Part shown: positions 63,153-64,000 of the stretch, piece by piece | Position numbering within the stretch: the first letter of the stretch is position 1 | Layout: every line of letters begins with the position of its first letter | Source of the DNA: Marsupella aquatica | Lineage: Eukaryota; Plantae; Marchantiophyta | Length of the DNA stretch: 64,000 nucleotides | Assembly (NCBI GenBank): GCA_973895155.1 | Contig: OZ316896.1 | Location: 9,807,525 to 9,871,524, forward strand | Reading direction: 5' to 3' | Position numbers and translations under genes: made by a program | Notes under the pieces: model-generated | The model's database searches: none | Told to the model about the DNA's origin: nothing | Seen by the model: only the letters and a program-made list of their open reading frames with translations

Positions 63153-64000
63153 CCAAGAAGACAGAACTTCTTGACATAGTAATCAGCAGTTCTTGGCTTC
63201 CACTCATCATTCTGGTAGGCATTAGTTAGCGTTCTTGATGAATGAGCAAAGGAGATCAAAGAGGGGGCGCGAGTCGTCCAAACTGTAATCGGCGCACCCC
63301 AAGAAGTAGTAGAGGCCTAGGGCAAAGACGGACGCGAGGCATAGGTATTTAGAGGCTGTGGAGCGCTAGGCGCTCTGTCACTTTTTGCTAGAAGTCTGGG
63401 GCAAGGTAGGGCTCCGCTCACCTTAGGAATGCCAGCAATTTTGTAATAGTGTCCCTACTCAGTTGAGTAGTCTTTGAGTATAAAGAGAGAGTTTGGAATG
63501 AATGCAACAGAGTGAAGTCCACACTTGAGCAGTGAATGAGAACGTCGAATCAGAGAGAGAGAGAAAGAGAGAAGGAATTTGCCTTATGCAGCAAGTCGTT
63601 ACTCGTTAATTGCAACGATGAATGAATATCGTCTCATTGAGAACCAGAACCTTACGGGCCAGCGCCTCAAGGTATAGGTTGAACAGACAGCTAGTGAGAA
63701 GCGGTGTCTGGTTGGAGATAGTGTGTTTTGAAGGCGATACACTGGTCGTCATACACCTCCATCATACAAGGGTAAACGTGATACTGGGGTACTTGCTTAG
63801 GGTAACCCTGTCATAGTCACCCACACAATCCGGAAATCAATTGCCAGGCAGGCTGATTCAAAGGACAGCCGGACTTAATCAGGTCACGGCTACTAAAAAC
63901 CATGAACACAGACAGCAGTGACGACAAGTCTTGCTCCTTGATTACCTTAAGATCACTGGAACTGTGGATCTGTTCTATCGGCACCCATCTTATTTCCCAT

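Overview
This is a repeat-rich eukaryotic (plant) genomic window; the gene and transposon styles suggest a bryophyte such as a liverwort, which is an inference only. From left to right it holds: the 3' half and 3' LTR of a Ty1/copia element; a decayed 3.5-kb foldback structure; three tandem, intact 9-exon acid-lipase (LIP1/LIP2-like) genes, with a 4.9-kb hAT transposon, a copia relic and a solo LTR between them; and, from about 39.8 kb, a cargo-like block. That block starts with a hairpin and a G-rich telomere-like array and carries decayed genes for a non-RD protein kinase, a coiled-coil/RING-H2 protein and an RPA70-like OB-fold protein. The kinase is split in its catalytic loop by a 13.9-kb Athila-like Ty3/gypsy element with a 5-bp TSD (CTTTC). 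The most unusual feature is that this element's 3.3-3.8-kb LTRs each contain a roughly 770-codon accessory gene, and an extra LTR-like or MITE-like segment separates the 5' LTR from the tRNA-Asn PBS. A small 8-bp-TSD MITE family occurs three times.
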